A stretch of DNA of 64,000 nucleotides from Amoebophrya sp. A120 (Eukaryota > Protista > Dinoflagellata): contig CAJINV010000007.1 in assembly GCA_905178155.1 (NCBI GenBank), positions 1,705,341-1,769,340 on the forward strand, read 5' to 3'. The notes below the pieces were generated by a model. It had not been told where the DNA came from. It was given only the letters and a program-made list of their open reading frames with translations, and searched no databases. How positions within the stretch are numbered: position 1 is the stretch's first letter; every line of letters begins with the position of its first letter. This document shows positions 57,034 through 64,000 of this stretch, piece by piece. A program made the translations under genes and the position numbers.

Positions 57034-59471
57034 ATGCCCCGCGTTCCGGATCGTGACATCCGTAGCCTGTCGTGCTACCAGAACACCAAGGAGCTGCGGC
57101 TCTTCACTATTTTCGGCCTGCAGAGTCCGCAAGGGAAAAAACTGAATGGCGAAGTTTGCCGCGTGCTCGGCTTCGAGGAAGGACCTTCCGGCGAAAAACG
57201 CTTGAAGTGCGACATTGCCATCGACCGGAAACCCGCAACGCCGCAGAAGCACTCAACTTCTGCCTCGTCAACAGCTCCTGCAAGCACAAACGCCGCAAGT
57301 GATTCGACCGCGACGTCGGGAAACAAAAAGAAAAACAGCAAATCGAAAGACAAAAAGCAGTCGACCACCACACAAAATGATGATCCGCCCTCAAGAACGT
57401 CAAACGCGAAGCCCACAAGTGGAGGTGCAGAAACAGAAAGAACAAAGAACAACACCGACGAGGACGATGAAGATCCCAGCGCCACCAGCACCAGCCTGTT
57501 CTATTACTTCTCAGTCGCCAAAGAGGGCCCGCACCGGAAAATGTTGAAGATAGAAAATTTAGCCCCCGCGCACCCCGTGAACCACCTGGAATTTTTGACC
57601 GAGCAGTACGACGTGTACGTCTGTCTCGCGGATTTTTTCTCTTTTCTCGGTGACCAGAAGACCTTCACCGGGGAGCGGCTCGTGAAAATGCTGGCGACGC
57701 CCAAGTGGTGCGACTGCGGCAAAAACTTGAGCTTTTTCTGCGAAAAGTCCCTCGGCAACTACAAGTTCCGGGATGAGTCGTCCGTATCGTCTTCCGCCGC
57801 CACGGCCGCGGACCCTGGTGCGACGTTTTTCGAGGACAAGACTGCGAGCGAGATCGCGGGCGAAATCGCTTCGGATTTGCTGATTGATAACAACAAGCCC
57901 GTTTTCGTCCTCTCTCCGACCTACCTCGACAGATACATCGGGCCCGACGCGCCACTGCTCAGTCCGCAAAGGTGCACCCGGGCGAAGAAATTGCTCCTCG
58001 AAGTAGAAGAGCTTTTGTCCCCATCCGCACTGCCAACAGGAGCTGCTGCTGGCAATAAAGCTGCGTCTAGAACAAGTACTGATCCGAGCAAACCCGCCAC
58101 GTTTCGGCGGTACGAAGCGAATTGGTTTAATTTGAGCCTGACCCGCCCGGATTTGTTTGACTTGTACGTCGTTCGGGAAGGGGCGCTGTTGGACAAAAAG
58201 TTGATAACTCTATTCGACGAAGAGGGGCTGCGGCTGTGGTATGACTACGCCGAGGAATTTGTTAGGAAGGAGCAGGGGGAGAAGGGGCTGAAGCTTCTTT
58301 ACGAGGACTGTCTGCCAGATCAAGACCCAAACATCGACCTGGCACTGGAACTTGATCATGACAACGCATCATCATCACCATCTCCATCTGCTGCAGCGTC
58401 GTCTTCTTCAGCTACGGGTAGAAGTGCTGCAGCTGCTGGTGGTGCGACAGGAGGAGAACAAGAGGGCGCGGAGATTGTAGCCGCTGAGGACAAGAAGCAG
58501 GGCGGAAAAACCACAAGGACAGCCACCACCGGCAACAAGAAAAACCCGTCCTCGAAGATCGCCGGCACCCTGGGCGAGAAGATCGTGACGCTGGCGAAGA
58601 AGTTGACGATCAGAGAGATTGTGACCGACTACGACCTCGCCGGATTCTCCTACTCCTACACAGGCTGGGCGCGGAGCATTGGCGAAGTCTCTCCCCACGA
58701 TCCGGTGTCGCGCGTGCGACCCCGGGTGGAGTATGGCGCGAAGGAGTACGCTCCGAAGGGACGTTACCCGCCGGGCATCTGGATGTGCGGCGCGCTGCTC
58801 GGCTACCCGTTTATCAGCTCGCTCTTCTTGACGCTCCTCCCCAGTGCCGGCATGTTTGACATCTCGCGGACGCAGAGAAGCACGTTTCTGCACGGGTTGT
58901 GGCGGCGACCGCACGGCAAAATGTCGGCGATCATGGAGATCGGAGTGTCGGAAATTGCGGAGATTGAAACATTGCCGATGGAACAGAGGTATCCTGCGCA
59001 AAAGTTCGTGCAAAACAATCGCTCAAATTTGCATAAATGTTATTGGTCGTCAGATCAAAATTGCCTATGAAAATTGGTCGCAAGTTTACTTCCTCACTTA
59101 ATACCCGACTACGTAACAAGAAAAAGAAAGCTGCGTAGTTTTTGTTTTTCTTGAAAGAAGATGATGGCATCACAAGATGGAGGGGAGGAGTATTTGAACA
59201 ACTTATTTAACCTGCTACATCATCACGTTATAAGATAAGCGATGTTGCTCCTTGGACTTTTGCAATGCATAAGCAAATGGAGAAGATGGCGCAGATTGCG
59301 CATGATTCCGATCCTAACGCCAGGCCGATGAAATTTGAGTTTTTGCGGCTGGACGAGCCGTTCGCGAAAGTGATGGAGGGCGCGTTTCAGACGGTGACGG
59401 AGAGCCTAGCCTCTAGTGCGAAAGGAGAGAAAGCACCGGCTGATCCGGAGGAGGACGAGGAGGTGGATTGA
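57034..59471 (+). CDS. Hypothetical protein with N-terminal SH3-like (GL...LNG) module; 2 exons
   Basis: Long ORF 56989-59070 (first ATG 57034) joins ORF 59265-59471 in frame after removing element 58990-59271 + 5 nt. Confidence 0.7.
58990..59271. mobile_element. Introner-like TIR element, family C, reverse orientation, degenerate TSD
   Basis: tatcctgcgcaaaagt...acttttgcaatgcata, the reverse complement of the ends of 14780-14970; flanks agagg/agcaa. Confidence 0.7.
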
Positions 59472-60666
59472 CAAAAGACTTGACTTGTGGTTGTATTTGA
59501 TGGGGTAGCAGGAGAGGCGGGAGCAAGTAAGTATTCGCTTGTGTGAAGAAGAAAACCACTTGCACCTGCAGCTTGTACCGCTTTCTCGAGGAAGACATCG
59601 TGAGCTGCGGGCGGTCGAAGTGGACCTCCGACGAAGTAGTCCAGCCACTCAGTGCTACTGCTAGCTTGCAGGCCATTGTCTTCCAATCAGGACGGCCGCG
59701 CAGGAAGAAAGCCAAGCAGTACACGCTCGAAGTACCAGCCTTATTTCATCAGGAGGCTTTGAAGATACATAATACCACGGCGCGCTTGTACGATTTTTCG
59801 ACTTACTATTCTTGTTGTTCCAAGAAGAAATAAGCTTGGCCATCACGACGGAGGCGAGGCTTTATCTTCGGGAAGCTCAAATAAGCGAGTAGCGTACGTT
59901 ACTTTTTCATTTTTGATTTTGGTGCAGTTGCGAGGAACGCCATTCGCATTCGGTGCTCGAAGCTACATCGCAGAAAGCTGATGTGCAGTGCCAGTGCGGC
60001 GGTTTCGCACTCGACACGAGCGCAGCTGTGACGCGTTATGATACTAAAGGGTTTTCGTCCAGCACAACGCCCGGCCGCTGCAGTGCCTGTGGGTGTAGTT
60101 GGTTCCGCCCCTGAATAAAGATTGACGCTTGCCACTGCTGGACGCTGCACTTTATAATGTTTGCTTTCATCTCCTACTTCTGAGCTGCAAAACCACATAA
60201 ACACGGTTCTTAAATCTTCCAGTTTTACCTGGCGGAGCTAACTTATGCCTCGAAATCAGCTGGATCATGAAATCTATCTATGCCGCCAAAAAGATCTTCC
60301 TGCGCACCATAAAATCTTGCGCAGCATGATAAATAAATTGATCCTCAACAGCAAGGAAGGAGCCAATAGAAATGACCGGCTCAGTCTTTCACGATCTTGT
60401 TTGTTTTGCTAGTTTCGCGTTGATGGTATTCTGGGTACAGCTCTCATCTCAAAAAAAAATCTTCTTCGTTCTATTTTACGCTCGATTGTCAGTGTTGTGG
60501 CCTGTCTACCACTTGAGAAACAGAAACGCTTTTACTACTAATACAGCGATCTTATCAATGCTTTTTCCGAAAACGTTATTGAATTTCTTTTGCAAAAAAA
60601 TAAAAAAGATAGAAGATTTGAAGGAGATTGTTTTTATGGGATACCTCGTATTCAAATAAAAAAGTT

Positions 60667-64000
<3,334 letters not shown>

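Overview
Eukaryotic, intron-rich genomic DNA. Gene content, intron style and co-orientation suggest a parasitic alveolate or dinoflagellate of the Amoebophrya (Syndiniales) type; this is inference, not a database result. All 15 protein genes I can reconstruct lie on the + strand. They are four cyclic-nucleotide-binding (CNB) + AGC kinase genes (PKG architecture, two pairs), two FMR1/FXR-like Agenet+KH genes, two paralogous signal-peptide/F-box-like genes, an RlmI-like methyltransferase, UEV1/MMS2, a UBE3D-like gene, a DDX3/DED1 helicase truncated by the window end, and three hypotheticals. Two very GC-rich blocks look like decayed tyrosine-recombinase (DIRS/Ngaro-like) retroelements. The main signal is at least 17 short elements (150-290 bp) from several sequence families, all interrupting coding exons. 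Nearly all start TAT and end ATA, most have terminal inverted repeats, and each is flanked by a 5-bp target-site duplication (TSD). Removing the element plus one TSD copy restores the reading frame, usually without GT-AG ends. Degenerate copies and many ordinary GT-AG introns carry the scar G|TAT...ATA-NNAG|G, suggesting a transposon-to-canonical-intron conversion series within this window. Exon boundaries were read by eye and need RNA-seq confirmation.
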